Source of the DNA: Eledone cirrhosa
Taxonomy: Eukaryota
Direction of reading: 5' to 3'
DNA: 64,000 nucleotides
Assembly (NCBI GenBank): GCA_964016885.1
Contig: OZ024762.1
Coordinates: 10,478,001 to 10,542,000 of the forward strand
Shown here: in pieces, positions 1-22,315 of the stretch
Layout: the number at the start of each line of letters is the position of its first letter
Position numbering within the stretch: the first letter of the stretch is position 1
Notes under the pieces: model-generated
What the model saw: only the letters and a program-made list of their open reading frames with translations
What the model was told of the DNA's origin: nothing
Database searches by the model: none
Made by a program: the position numbers and the translations under genes

Positions 1-342
1 GGGTGTTCTTTACACTATGGACTGGGTGTTCTTTACAGTGTGGACTGGGTGTTCTTTACAGTGTGGACTGGGTGTTCTTTACACTATGGACTGGGTGTTC
101 TTTACACTGTGGACTGGGTGTTCTTTACACTGGTCTGGGTGTTCTTTACACTATGGACTGGGTGTTCTTTACACTGTGGACTGGGTGTTCTTTACACTGG
201 ACTGGGTGTTCTTTACACTATGGACTGGGTGTTCTTTACACTGTGGACTGGGTGTTCTTTACACTGGACTGGGTGTTCTTTACAGTGTGGACTGGGTGTT
301 CTTTACACTATGGACTGGGTGTTCTTTACACTGTGGACTGGG
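1..342. repeat. ~23-bp tandem minisatellite (gggtgttctttacactatggact)
   Basis: About 15 near-identical units. The unit resembles the 'tttacagtgtggactgggtgcttt' segment of the local RTE/SINE tail. It explains ORFs 3..431, 17..349 and 40..372. Confidence 0.95.
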
Positions 343-531
343 CACCTAAATTACGAGAGCTATTATTGCTGAAAATTTATTCAAGAAATGACAGAAAGAA
401 AGGAAATAATTTTGCAAGAATTTTATTGTAGAAACGCTTCGTGAAGAAAACCAAAAAAACTGAGAAAAGCTGGAAAGATTTAATGATGTGTCGTTAGTTC
501 ATGTTTCTTTTTTCCTGAGAGACTTTTTTGG

Positions 532-8829
<8,298 letters not shown>

Positions 8830-8884
8830 TTTTAGAATGATTTTTATCTTCTCTGAGATGGTTTCTTCAGCTATTTGGCAACAA

Positions 8885-8919
8885 GAATGATTTAGAAGTG
8901 ACAAAGATTCATATTTATA
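8885..8919 (-). promoter_or_regulatory. Gene A core promoter (TATA + Inr-like)
   Basis: TATAAATATGAA starting at 8919, followed ~29 nt later by TCATTC. The same TATAAATATGAA precedes gene B. Confidence 0.65.
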
Positions 8920-9586
8920 GGAGAACACAGTTGAATTGATGAATTAATTTTAATTTATTCATAGAAATCCATCTCATATGAAACGTTCTTTTGAAAGACC
9001 CACATATAATGAAGGTAACATATGTTATAATCTACATTGTTTCAATGGAGAGGTTTTATGTAGAGTTTTTCTTAAATTAATTGGATGATATTGTTGATTA
9101 TTTGAATTAAACACATTGTTTTAAAAAATAGATTTTATTTGGAAAAATAACATCTGGTATAGTAATTACTTTCTAATCAATTTTAAATAAATACCCAGCG
9201 ATTGAACCCTCTCAAAAGTAAATATCTTCTTTTAAATTTTATGAAATACTTAAGTTTGCCTATCATATCATGGGTAATTTGATTGGGGGAGAGGGGTTTT
9301 TATGGGTAATATCAAGGTATACAGGTAGATTATCATTTAAAATGTTTCCATCTTTGATGCTGCTTCCACAAAATAGTGAAATAATAAATAATAATTTAAA
9401 GATTATTATAATTAAATAGGAACAGAATGTCTACCGTCCCTTCAATCTATCTTATTTCTCATTCTTTCTTCTGATGAAGGACTAGCATCTAAAACTTCAC
9501 GACCCTATTCCTACTATTTCAAGTGTTAACCTAATATATTCCTTCCATATACTGTACCGATTCTGTTGTTATTTCTGTTTACCTTT

Positions 9587-9620
<34 letters not shown>

Positions 9621-10778
9621 TATATATACATTATATATATAAAGACCCCTTCAGTCAAAATGATCATGGGATTTGTACCTAGAAAGTTTCCTTTCTGAGG
9701 CACAAGCCAGGTAAGGTTGTTTGTGGAAGACCAGCAGTCGCCCATGTATACCAGTCTCTCCTCTCCACACCACTGATGATGTCCAAGGGAAAGACAATGG
9801 CAGATACAGCTTGGCATCAGTGACATCGCAACTCATTTCTACAGCTGAGTGAACTGGAGCAATGTGAAATAAAGTGTCTTGTTCAAGGACACAACACAAC
9901 ACAACACCTGGTCCAAGAATTGAACTCACAACCTCATGTTTGCAAGCCCAATGTTCCAACTACTAAGCCATGTACCATAGAACTGCTGGACTTTCAAACT
10001 TAGCAGTCCTTCTAGCACTGATGGAGACCATCGCTGAATATTAATATCAATGTAGTTTTTTATATTGATATTGCCTGGGCATCCACTGATGAGTTATAAG
10101 GGCCTACTTGTGTGGATATCTATGGATTATATGCAAGCTTCTACATAACTTGGACATTATTTTCCCACCTTGTAGAAATCTTATAACTAAACGATCGTAT
10201 GGAAAGAAAGAGAGATTTATTTAATTATGTCTCATATAAAATAATACAGCCAACTATCCACGAAATACAATATAGTTAGCACCCGAAATGTATAATTGGG
10301 ATTATACTCAGGTATATCCTAATGTTTGTTGAGTGAGATGAAGTTGGTCAGAGTATCGCTAAAAGCTTTCTTTGTTAATGTAGTAAGTATATGTGTATAT
10401 ATGTATATACATTTAGGTTTGTTGGTTCACCACTGGATAGAACTGGTCATTCCATATAGTCAACCTTGATGTAATATTAGGGAGAGCACTCGATGTAATG
10501 CAACTCACCCGTCTTTCATTTGTGTTGTTGGTGGTGTGAGTACGGAGTTAATTATTATAAAATAACAGGAGGCTGAACTTTCAATAATTGGGTTCAGTAT
10601 GAATCCGGTGACATCATCAGGTATTCCGAAATTTATCCAACAAAGGAATATAATAATAGACACAATCCAAGAGGCTGAAAAGCAGAGAGAAATGCCCAAG
10701 ATGAGAAGGTGGCCAAAATTAGCAGTTGCTATTCCGGGTGGCCGCCCTCAAGTCATATATATATATATATATATATAT

Positions 10779-11063
10779 TATAATTGAATATAAAAGAAAA
10801 AGAAACACGGATATATACATATATGTGTTCAAATCGTAATGGACCAGATTCGCTAAGGTGAAAAGAATACTAACTATGGACAATAGGGTTTGCCAGACTC
10901 AATTTAAGAATAAATTTATTTTCTTGATTTATTCTTAAATTGAGTCTGACAAACCCTATAGTCTATAGTTAGTATTCTTTTCACCTTAGCGAATCTGGTC
11001 CCTTACGATTTGAACACATATATGTATATATCTGTGTTTCTTTTTCTTTTATATTCAATTATA
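10779..11063. repeat. Near-perfect palindrome with ~135-bp arms
   Basis: Arms are reverse complements around ~10920. Confidence 0.9.
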
Positions 11064-11145
11064 ATATACGGCTCGGAAAAATCTCTTTCCTAGGGCTATT
11101 TTGTTGTAAGAGACTATTTTGAGTTTCTAACTCAATATATACCTT

Positions 11146-11193
<48 letters not shown>

Positions 11194-11604
11194 AGGTTCA
11201 GGACCCCGACGGCAGAGCTCAAGCCGTTTCAACGGTTATATATATATCAAATTAAAATAAGGGAGTTAAAGACTCACATTAATCCCCTACCATTTAATGA
11301 GCTCAAAGGATAGACCCAAGCTCTTTATATGACAGTATATAGAGAAAAGTACACAAAGAGGTGTGTGTGCTCAATTATAGGGGATATAATACCACCAGAG
11401 TGAAAATCATATAATCTACCAACAGAATGGAAAATACACAAGAATTAAAAGGATACATTAAAATGTACAGACCATTGTTTATAACTATATCTCCTGGACA
11501 TGCTGGAAGCAGAGATGTCAACATGAATGGACCTGTTATTCTAAAGACATTTTTTTTCAATTCCATCCCGCCTGTTCTCTCAATCTATCTTATTTCTCAT
11601 TCTT

Positions 11605-11640
11605 TCTTCTGATGAAGGACTAGCGTCTGAAACGTTAAGA
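11605..11640 (+). ncRNA. Minimal type-I hammerhead ribozyme motif in a ~160-bp Penelope-like repeat (11570-11728)
   Basis: TCTT-CTGATGA-A-GGAC-tagc-GTCT-GAAA-CGTT-AAGA: conserved core, stem II hairpin, stem I TCTT/AAGA and a palindromic loop-less stem III. Confidence 0.6.
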
Positions 11641-12008
11641 CCCTCTTCCTGCTACATCAAGCGTTAACCTAATATATACATTCCATATGCTGTACTGATT
11701 GTGTTGTTATTTCTGTTTACCTTTTACATACATATATATATATATATATTATCTGGTAGTATTCATGGAAAAGCTTATCAGGCTAAATATTTTATATTCC
11801 TATATGTTGTCAGTTCAAATGTATTGTCTTTGCTATCATCTCACCCAATGTGATTTACAATAAATACCAGTGATATCCTAGATAAACCTATTAATTAATA
11901 CCCCGACCTACAATATGCAGTTTTGTACCAATCTAAAAACAAAAAGAAAATCAGAATCATAGGAGGAGATTATTCTTATTATGTTTAGTTAAGTTACCCT
12001 TGGTTGAG

Positions 12009-13198
12009 CAGACTTACTACCAAAGATATCTCACTTATACCATCAGACTTACTACCAAAGATATCTCACTTATACCGTCAGGCTTACTACCAAAGATATC
12101 TCACTTATACCGTCAGACTTACTACCAAAGATATCTCACTTATACTGTCAGACTTACTACCAAAGATATCTCACTTATACCATCAGACTTACTACCAAAG
12201 ATATCTCACTTATACCATCAGACTTACTACCAAAATATCTCACTTATACCGTCAGGCTTACTACCAAAGATATCTCACTTATACCATCAGACTTACTACC
12301 AAAGATATCTCACTTATACCGTCAGGCTTACTACCAAAGATATCTCACTTATACCATCAGACTTACTACCAAAGATATCTCACTTATACCGTCAGGCTTA
12401 CTACCAAAGATATCTCACTTATACCGTCAGACTTACTACCAAAGATATCTCACTTATACCGCCAGGCTTACTACCAAAGATATCTCACTTATACCATCAG
12501 ACTTACTACCAAAGATATTTCACTTATACCGTCAGGCTTACTACCAAAGATATCTCACTTATACCATCAGACTTACTACCAAAGATATCTCACTTATACC
12601 ATCAGACTTACTACCAAAGACATCTCACTTATACCATCAGACTTACTACCAAAGATATCTCACTTATACCGTCAGGCTTACTACCAAAGATATCTCACTT
12701 ATACCGTCAGACTTACTACCAAAGATATCTCACTTATACCGTCAGGCTTACTACCAAAGATATCTCACTTATACCATCAGACTTACTACCAAAGATATCT
12801 CACTTATACCGTCAGGCTTACTACCAAAGATATTTCACTTATACCATCAGACTTACTACCAAAGATATCTCACTTATACCATCAGACTTACTACCAAAGA
12901 CATCTCACTTATACCATCAGACTTACTACCAAAGACATCTCACTTATACCATCAGACTTACTACCAAAGATATCTCACTTATACCATCAGACTTACTACC
13001 AAAGATATCTCACTTATACCGTCAGGCTTACTACCAAAGACATCTCACTTATACCGTCAGACTTACTACCAAAGATATCTCACTTATACCGTCAGGCTTA
13101 CTACCAAAGATATCTCACTTATACCGTCAGGCTTACTACCAAAGATATCTCACTTATACCATCAGACTTACTACCAAAGACATCTCACTTATACCATC
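12009..13198. repeat. 35-bp minisatellite, ~34 copies (cagacttactaccaaagatatctcacttataccat)
   Basis: Direct tandem units with few variant sites; explains ORFs 12000..13226 and 12004..13218. Confidence 0.97.
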
Positions 13199-14394
13199 CA
13201 ACATATTCACATATCTAGGACTATAATATGTCCTTCCTTTGTGAGATAGTAAGATTTTGATTGCAGGAGGTTAGGAGGCTATTTATAGCAGGTCATGTAA
13301 CAACATAGAGGCTTCCAAAGTTTCTTCTCTCCGGATTTGTTTTACATAGAGAAACAGAATGGCGGGCCTATATTTTGAAGACAGTGAAGATAAAACTCTT
13401 ATAAGAACCCATTCAGCATGGTCCCCAGAAGAAACTTTCATGTTGCTTCTGGGTCCCCACAATTTTCATCAGTTCTCTAGTAGATCGGCCACTGGAGAAA
13501 CACATCTAATTTCTCACCATTTCGATAAAATAAAGTACCAGTAATGCACTGGATAATTGCTGGCCTTGTGCCGAAAGTAGAAACAATTATTAAATCGCCA
13601 AGGTTAACTTTGCCTTTCATCCTTACAGGGTTGATAAAATAAAGTACCAGTAATGCACTGGGATAATTGCTGGCCTTGTGCCAAAAGTAGAAACCATTAT
13701 TAAATCATGGCAGGGTGGTGGATTGGCAGGATCGGTGGAGTATCAGACAACATGTTTTGTGGCATAGAATTACATCCCTTTACACTCTGAGTTCAAATCA
13801 CACCGAGGTTAGCTTTGCCCTTCATCTTTACAGAGTCGATAAAATAAAGTACCAGTAACTTTCTGGGGTAGAGTTAATCAACTTTCCACTATCCCCCAAA
13901 TTGTTGGCCTTGAGCCTAAATCAGAAACCATTATTAAATCATGACTATATTATTATTGCTGGCAGTTATATGGTGGATGAGATTGAGAGGACTGAGGACA
14001 GATACCTTTCTCTCCGGACAACAACTCATTCCCTTCTTTAGGTACCACTTTAGAAGGAGAATCAGAGAGGAGAGAGAGGCACTGCACCCCAGAAATTTAC
14101 TGAAAGGTGTGTGAATGTAGCAAAAATGGCCCAAGTGATTGGGCCTTCTTTGTATATAAACCTGTAGGTTGAAGAAGAGAGCAAAAGGAAGAAAGGAGCA
14201 CTTGCACAACACGCTCCTAAAGTTGAGGGTTGTTCTATCTACGAGGTATTAAACAACCCATTTGTGGCGCCTCCCCCCTATTGGGGATTTTGATTGTTAT
14301 ATTTGTTTGTTTCATATTTTTACACGATTGTATGTAAAATCCCCGGCATGTGTCCTTGTTTTGTCCCCTTTTCTTGTGCGCCCTTGTGGCTAAT

Positions 14395-14800
14395 AAAGAA
14401 ATATATATTATTATTGCTGGTGACCTTAATGGTCATGTTGGACAACATTGTGATGGCTATGATGGAGTCCATGAAGGTTATGGATTTGGTACTAGAAATG
14501 AGGAAGGCTTCAGGGTACTGGAATTCTGTGATGCAAATGACTTGACTATCTGTAACACAAACTTTAAAAAATGTGACACTGTAAAGTGGTCGTGTAGGAG
14601 ACACGATAAAAAGGTTCCCAGTCCACATTGTAAAGGTGGTTTGTGTTAGGAAGGGCATCCAGCCATAGAAAACCTGCCAGAGACGCTGCCGTACAAGCGG
14701 GACATGGTCTCCTGACCATTCCTGCATAAAATGGAACAAAACTGTCTAACCCATGCTAGCGTGGAAGATGGACGTTCAACGATGATGATGATGATGATGA
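14395..14800 (+). mobile_element. Internally deleted RTE LINE (AP-endonuclease fragment joined to 3' tail)
   Basis: IIAGDLNGHVG...GYGFGTRNEEGFRVLEFCDANDLTICNTNFKK followed by the RTE tail and (GAT)n. Confidence 0.8.
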
Positions 14801-15231
14801 CTCTGAGACAAGTTTTTTAGAGTTTAGGATCACACCGCCCTTAACCAGAAATTGAAACCGTTATACAAGATTGTTAGCTTGTTTGAAGGCTTACATTTGT
14901 ACTTTTAGTAAATAAAAAAAGTTAATTTATTTCAGAATCATTAATTACATTTCAGTAATTTCAATGTTAATTTAAAAAAAAAATGAAACAAAGAAACAAA
15001 CACATTGTTACTTTGAATTATAAGCAAATAAATAACTTACCTCCACACCACCCCACACCAGATCAGACCAGGCACAGATGTATAATACAAAATTATATCA
15101 TTAAAAATTCTTAGCTGAAAAAATTTGAATGGAAATAAAAGTAGGTTTAATAATTAAGGTATAGAAAATTAAAGGTGACATATGTCACTGTCAATCAATA
15201 ATTTCATGAATGTCCATCAGGTATTTGTAAC

Positions 15232-15243
15232 TATAAATATGAA
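15232..15243 (+). promoter_or_regulatory. Gene B TATA box
   Basis: TATAAATATGAA 95 nt upstream of the ATG; identical 12-mer upstream of gene A. Confidence 0.65.
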
Positions 15244-15326
15244 GGTAGACCACATTCTAAGTATTACATTTCTTGTTGAACATACAGGTGAATCGTTGTG
15301 AAACCACACTGAAATAATCTTTCAAG

Positions 15327-15366
15327 ATGTTCAAGTATATAATTCTTATCTCTCTTTTTGTTGTAG
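15327..15366 (+). CDS. Gene B exon 1 (signal peptide)
   Basis: 40 nt; [13 protein letters not shown]; G|gtaagt. Confidence 0.88.
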
Positions 15367-17096
15367 GTAAGTCTAAATTTCAATAATATTCTCTTTTGTT
15401 ACTGTTAAAGGTATTTTCCATTTGGTTTCCTTGTAACTGCCATCTCAGTTTGTGTACATCTCCAAGACAAGTGTGAAATACAACCTTTACTGTTGCTTTA
15501 GTTTTCCAGACACTGCTAAAATATTTAATACATATGTTTCAAATGATGGTGTCGTAGGGGCACCATAGTAGCGTTCATGCCTTGGGAAGTTCAAACCTAG
15601 CAAAGCCAATCCTCATTCAAGGTTTGCCATCATTTAACACAATTAGTTTTCACCAACTTAACAAGAAGAACTGAGTAGATAAAAAGTCAGGAGTGGATAG
15701 TTCTAGAAGGCTTCAACCAACCAGTCAAAATTCTCATCTGTATTTAAATGTAATTTGTTTTTGGCAGAATTGGTAGAACAGATATGTTTCAAATGATGGT
15801 GTCATAGGGGCACCATAGTAGTGTAGATGTCTTGGGGAGTTTAACCCTTTAATGTTCAAACTGGCGAAAATCGGCCAGAATTCTCTACCTCTGTCTGTTG
15901 AAACTGGCTGTAACTGGTCGCTCAAACTGATATTAAGGTATTGTTCTCAAAATAAATACTTTCAAAATCTCATAGATTCGATATTATGTGAGATAATTAT
16001 GTGAGGTAAAGCCTTTACCATGAAAATATAATAGCATATATAGAGTAATGTGAATGCTAAATGGTTAAACCTAGCAGAGCCCATCCTCTCTCCAGGTTTG
16101 AACACAGCTGATTTTTTCCAGAGAAGAAAGAAGGACAAAAAGAGGAAAACAGGGCCATGCTAGATCTTTTATCAGCTCTTTTCACTGGCTAAGAGTGGTG
16201 GATTGGCAGTAATGGATAGAGCATCGATCAACAGCCTTTAAGGCATAGAGTTACGCCCCTTTACGATATGATTTCAAATCCCGCCGAGGATAGCTTTGCC
16301 TTTCATCCTTACAAGGTCGATAAAATAAAGTACCAGTAATACAGTGGGGTTGATTTAATCGACTTTCCCCTCCACCAAAACTGTTGACCTTTTGCAAAAA
16401 AAGTAGAAATAATTATTTAGAGATCACATTGTGGTGGCTTGCTTTGTGGCATTTAGTTACTTCCCTTACGATCTGAGTTCAAATCCCTCCAAGGATAGCT
16501 TTGCCTTTCATCCTTATGGGGTGAATAAAATATATCACCAGTAATGCACTGGGGTCGATTTAATCGACTTTCCCCTCCACCAAAATTGTTACCCTTGTGC
16601 CTAAATCAGAAACCAATATTTCAGTGTCTAAATTATTGTTTTTCAGGTATAAATGGAGGCTGTACTTACCAGAAGAGAATGGGTTGTGTGATGGACAGGC
16701 TGGCAGAGACAGAAATTACAGCTAATAAATCACAAATATGCAGGTAAAGTTTTCAGTGAATTTTTTTTGTCTTGGTTTTGGTTGTCCCCCACCCAGGAAG
16801 AATGAAAAACCGTGAATATTGGATGTGGTCCATAAAAATGCTTATAAATGTCAAATGTCTCATTCATTGATACCCTACTGAGAGATGCCAACATTGATAA
16901 CATCGATGAACTGAAAAATGCCATGCTCCACCGGGACCATTGGAGAAAGATGAATCTGCGACTTTTCTTTCTGTTCTTCATTGTCTTGTCCTTTCTTTGC
17001 TAATTTTCTTAAGTTTATATATATATACACACACACACATATATATATATACACACACACACACATATATATATATATACACACACATATATATAT

Positions 17097-17157
<61 letters not shown>

Positions 17158-17562
17158 AAGATAATAATAAATGGAAACTATATTTATAAAACCATATTTA
17201 TTTCATTATATATATTTCAAGGGTGACCAAGCAAATCTTGGTGCGCTTTCATCAGATAAAATACAAAAATTTGTTTCATAAATAATGACACACCCATGAA
17301 GATCACACCTTAATGGTCCGAAGATTCGCTGCACTATCCAAATATAAAACAAATTTTGTATTTTATTTTATTTGATGAAAGCGCACCAAGATTTGCTTGG
17401 TCACCCTTGAAATATATATAATGAAATAAATATGGTTTTATAAATATAGTTTCCATTTATTATTATCTTGGAATATTTACTCCAGTAACTTGTTGAGTGC
17501 TCTATATCAGTTATAAACATTTATGTTTGTCTAAATTTCAACAAATTAAATACAACTCCTAC

Positions 17563-17611
<49 letters not shown>

Positions 17612-18453
17612 TATGTATATATATGTGTGTGTATATATATATACATACACACATGTATATATATATGTATATATGTGTGTCTATCATCATCATCATCATC
17701 ATCATCGTTTAACGTCCGTGTTCCACGCTTGCATGGGTTTGGACGGGGGTTTTCCCACTTGAGGCAAGAGTGATTGTCTTGCTCGCATAGGACTGTCTGG
17801 CAGGTTTTCTACAGTTGGATGCCCTTCCTAACACCAACCACATTTACAGTGTGGGTCTGGGAGGTTTTTACCGTGTTGCCTACACGGCCACATTACAGCG
17901 TGGACTGTGTGTCTTTTTGTCGTGACACCTACACGATCTCATTTGTTTCGGCCTGGATGGTGTGGCACCAACATAACTTTACATAGAAGGGGGCGGTGTG
18001 GATGGGGTGGGGGTGGTGGGACGGGGGTGTATTTTGTTAGAGATGCCTACTGACTGTAGTAGGTTTTACTTTGTATTTAGGTAAGGCAGGTCTTCTCTAT
18101 TACTGAGTACCGCCAAAGGTCTCGGTCCAGTGACATTGTCTTGGTGAGGTGTAAGTGTGTGAGGTCGGAGTTTATCAGCTCGTCCCAGGTTTTTCTGGGT
18201 CTGCCTATTCCGTGGCTACCGTCTATCTTTATTGCCCTGCACTTTGTTATACAGCTATCGTCCTTCATGCGCATCACGTGACCATACCAACGTAGCCTTC
18301 TCTCTAGTAAACAACATCTGATCCCTCTTATTTCTATATATATATATCTAAACAAACACACACATATATATGTATACATACACACACATATATATATATC
18401 CACATGCACACATGTATATACACACACACACACACATATATATATATACACAC

Positions 18454-18539
<86 letters not shown>

Positions 18540-21500
18540 CGTTTCTGAATTTGTTTAGCAAGATTCTTTATCTGAAATCGTGTGTTGAAACCGATATTGT
18601 TATACTTTGGGAGGGTCATGTTGCCAATAAGAAACACATGCACCAGTTGCTTTCACTTCAATTTATTATTATAATAAATTTATAAATTTATAAATTTCTG
18701 GTTGGTTGGTTGGTTCCACAACCAGATAGTTGTTTATATATTGTCATAGTTCTTTCGTCACACACTCTGTGACCTCTTCAGATGTACTGAAGGACAATGT
18801 AGAGACAAAAATATAGTGTACATAGGTGAGACAGCTCGTAGTGTAGGGGAACGGATAAATGAACACTGGCGAGACCTTCAAGATAGTAAAGAATCATCTG
18901 TACTCTACCAACATGCTAAAATAGAACACAAGGGTAAATTAGAGAACATAGAAATAAAAATAGAATCTACACACAGAAAAGACGCAATGTTTAGACAAAT
19001 TACAGAGGCAATAAACATAAAAGAATTACAACCAAAATTAAATAGAAAATATGAGTGGAACAGCAACATCACAACTTACAATTAAGGACAAAATGAAAAC
19101 ACACACACACATAGAACAAACAACCAACCAGTAACATGTAAATAAACAAATAAATAAATGAACATAAACACACACAGACACCCGGATGTCTATATATATA
19201 TATATCATTCTGTCTGTATATATATATATATATATATCAATCTGTCTATATATATATATCATTCTGTCTATATATATATATATATCATTCTGTCTATACA
19301 TATATATATATATCATTCTGTCTGTATATATATATCATTGTCTATATATATATATATATCATTCTGTCTATATATATATATATCATTCTGTCTGTATATA
19401 TATATATATATATATCAATCTGTCTATATATATATCATTCTGTCTCTATATATATATATCATTCTGTCTATATATATATCATTCTGTCTATATATATATA
19501 TCATTCTGTCTATATATATATCATTGTCTATATATATATATCATTCTGTCTATATATATATCATTCTGTCTATATATATATCATTCTGTCTATATATATA
19601 TATCATTCTGTCTATATATATATCATTCTGTCTATATATATATATCATTCTGTCTATATATATATCATTGTCTATATATATATATCATTCTGTCTATATA
19701 TATATCATTGTCTATATATATATATCATTCTGTCTATATATATATCATTCTGTCTATATATATATATCATTCTGTCTATATATATATCATTGTCTATATA
19801 TATATATCATTCTGTCTATATATATATATCATTCTGTCTATATATATATCATTCTGTCTATATATATATATCATTCTATCTATATATTATTACTACAAAC
19901 TATTCAATGTTAGTCAGTTAGGTATTTTTGTGCCATAAAATTGAATGGAGTTGTCTCACTTACATATTGAATGTATTAAATAATTCTCCAGTCTGTGGCA
20001 TTTGAGACGTTTGGTGGAGTTGGGCCACTGACAGCGAAGTTCTTGTCGTTGCTGGTGGCTCCCCTTACTGAGGTGTCAGGTGATGGCTGTGAGGGTACTT
20101 GGCTGTCTCAGTGTCTTACCCTCGCCATCCCCTGGCCTTACTGAGGTGTCAGGTGTTGCCTATGAGGGTATCTGGCTGTTTTAACACCTTACCCTTGCCA
20201 TCACCCGGCCTTACTGAGGTGTCAGGTGATGGCCGTGAGGGTACTTGGCTGTTTCAGCACCTTACCCTCGCCATCATCCATGGCAATGCTGTGAGTGTAG
20301 TGGCTTGCTTCAAATTGTTTAGTTAACCCCTGTGATATGATGTGTCACTGATGGTCACACTTGGTGGTCAATTGATGGTCATTTTTGTTTTTGCTTCCGC
20401 CTCCTTTTTTCCTTTCTTTTTTTTCTCTCTTTTATGCATTTATATTTGTGTTTATCAACTACATTATATTTGTAATGTTCTTCTGAATGAATTGTGAGCA
20501 ATTTATAATCTTATTTACACATTTGTAATGTTATTTATACAACTGTGAATAAAATACTATGTTTAACCTTTTAGCATTCACATTACTCTATATATACTAT
20601 TGCATTTTCGTGGTAAACACTTTACCTCACATAATATCTCACATAATATCGAATCTATGAGATTTTGATATTATTTATTTTGAGAACAATACCATTACAT
20701 CAGTATGAGTGGCTGGTTATGGCCAGTTTGAACAGAAAGAGGTGTGAGAATTCTGGCCGGATATGGCCGGTTCAAATGCTACAGGGTTAGAAAACAAAAC
20801 AATTCTTAAAATATAAGAAGACTAGAGCTGGACACGGTATTAACTGCTGTATTTATGCATCTTCTTTATATTTCCTCTTTATTTATTCTTATATTAAAAT
20901 TACAATTATATTGAAAATCAAACTGATCATGAAAATATTAGTTTACTCCAAAGACCCTTCAGAGGAACCCGTAGTATCAGAGCTGTGATCTCTCAATTCA
21001 GAGAAGTAACGGCTCTACCTGAAGTGACTCTCTGGTCTCCAAGCTACAAATCTGTCCAGCGATTCTTTCCTTGAGACATTCTAACCGCATGGCCATGATA
21101 TCATAGCTGTGATCTCTCAATTCGGAGAAATAGCAGCTCTACCTGGAGTGACTGTCTGATCTCTGAGTTACGCACTTTATCGATTCAATTTTCAAAATTT
21201 TAATTGCCATCATCTAAACACAAATGATCGCTTAAACAATTATATCATTGCTTTTCTTTACAGCGACATGAGCCGCATTGCAGCTTGTGAAAATAAGTTA
21301 GGATGCCAAGGTGATAGCGGCCTCTTCTCTAACATTTGTAGTAAGTACAACTTTTGCTCTATTCCTCAGTAAGGCAGCGGGGATGGGGGGCGGTGCTCAC
21401 TGAAATGAAAGTGGTGTTCAAATAAAGTTAGATGTAAAATTACTATTTCACCCCTTTTAATTCTAATAATCATATATATAAAATGCTGAAAGAGGTAATA

Positions 21501-22217
21501 GACAATTATTAAGTATATAAATAAATAAATAAATAAAAGCCATTGTTAATTAATAAATAAATTAACTAATACCTTAACACTTCACACAAAGTAAAATATT
21601 TTGTTTTAAACATTTTCTAACCCAGAGAAAATAGAAAAAATAAAAGGAAAAAAATAAAAAATCTTTTTTCTGCCTAATAATCGTCTTTTTCTCCCTATTT
21701 TCATATATATATATACACATATATAGAAATAGTAACACAACAGTTAGTTCACCATACCGAGAACAGTTGTTTCACCTTAGCAGACTTTCAGAAGGTGAAA
21801 CAATTGTTCTCAGTATGGTGAACTAAATGTTGTGTTACTATTTCTACCAAATATATATATATATATATGTACATATATATATATATATGTACACATATAT
21901 ATATATATATATATGTACATATATATATATATATGTACATATATATATATATATATGTACATATATATATATATATATATGTACATATATATATATATAT
22001 ATATATATGTACATATATATATATATATATGTACATATATATATATATATATGTACACATATATATATATATATATATGTACATATATATATATATATGT
22101 ACATATATATATATATATATATGTACATATATATATATATATATATGTACATATATATATATATATATATGTACATATATATATATATATATATGTACAT
22201 ATATATATATATATATA

Positions 22218-22263
<46 letters not shown>

Positions 22264-22284
22264 TATATATATATATATATGTAC

Positions 22285-22315
<31 letters not shown>

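Noticed and set aside
10020-10750. Possible decayed retroelement RT or extra exons between genes A and B
   Set aside because: Only vague motif resemblance, no convincing reading frame and no family Cys pattern.
12000-13226. 408/404-aa ORFs and a CRISPR-sized 35-bp repeat
   Set aside because: Units are contiguous with no unique spacers, there are no cas genes and the context is eukaryotic. The ORFs are frame-cycling translations of a stop-free minisatellite.
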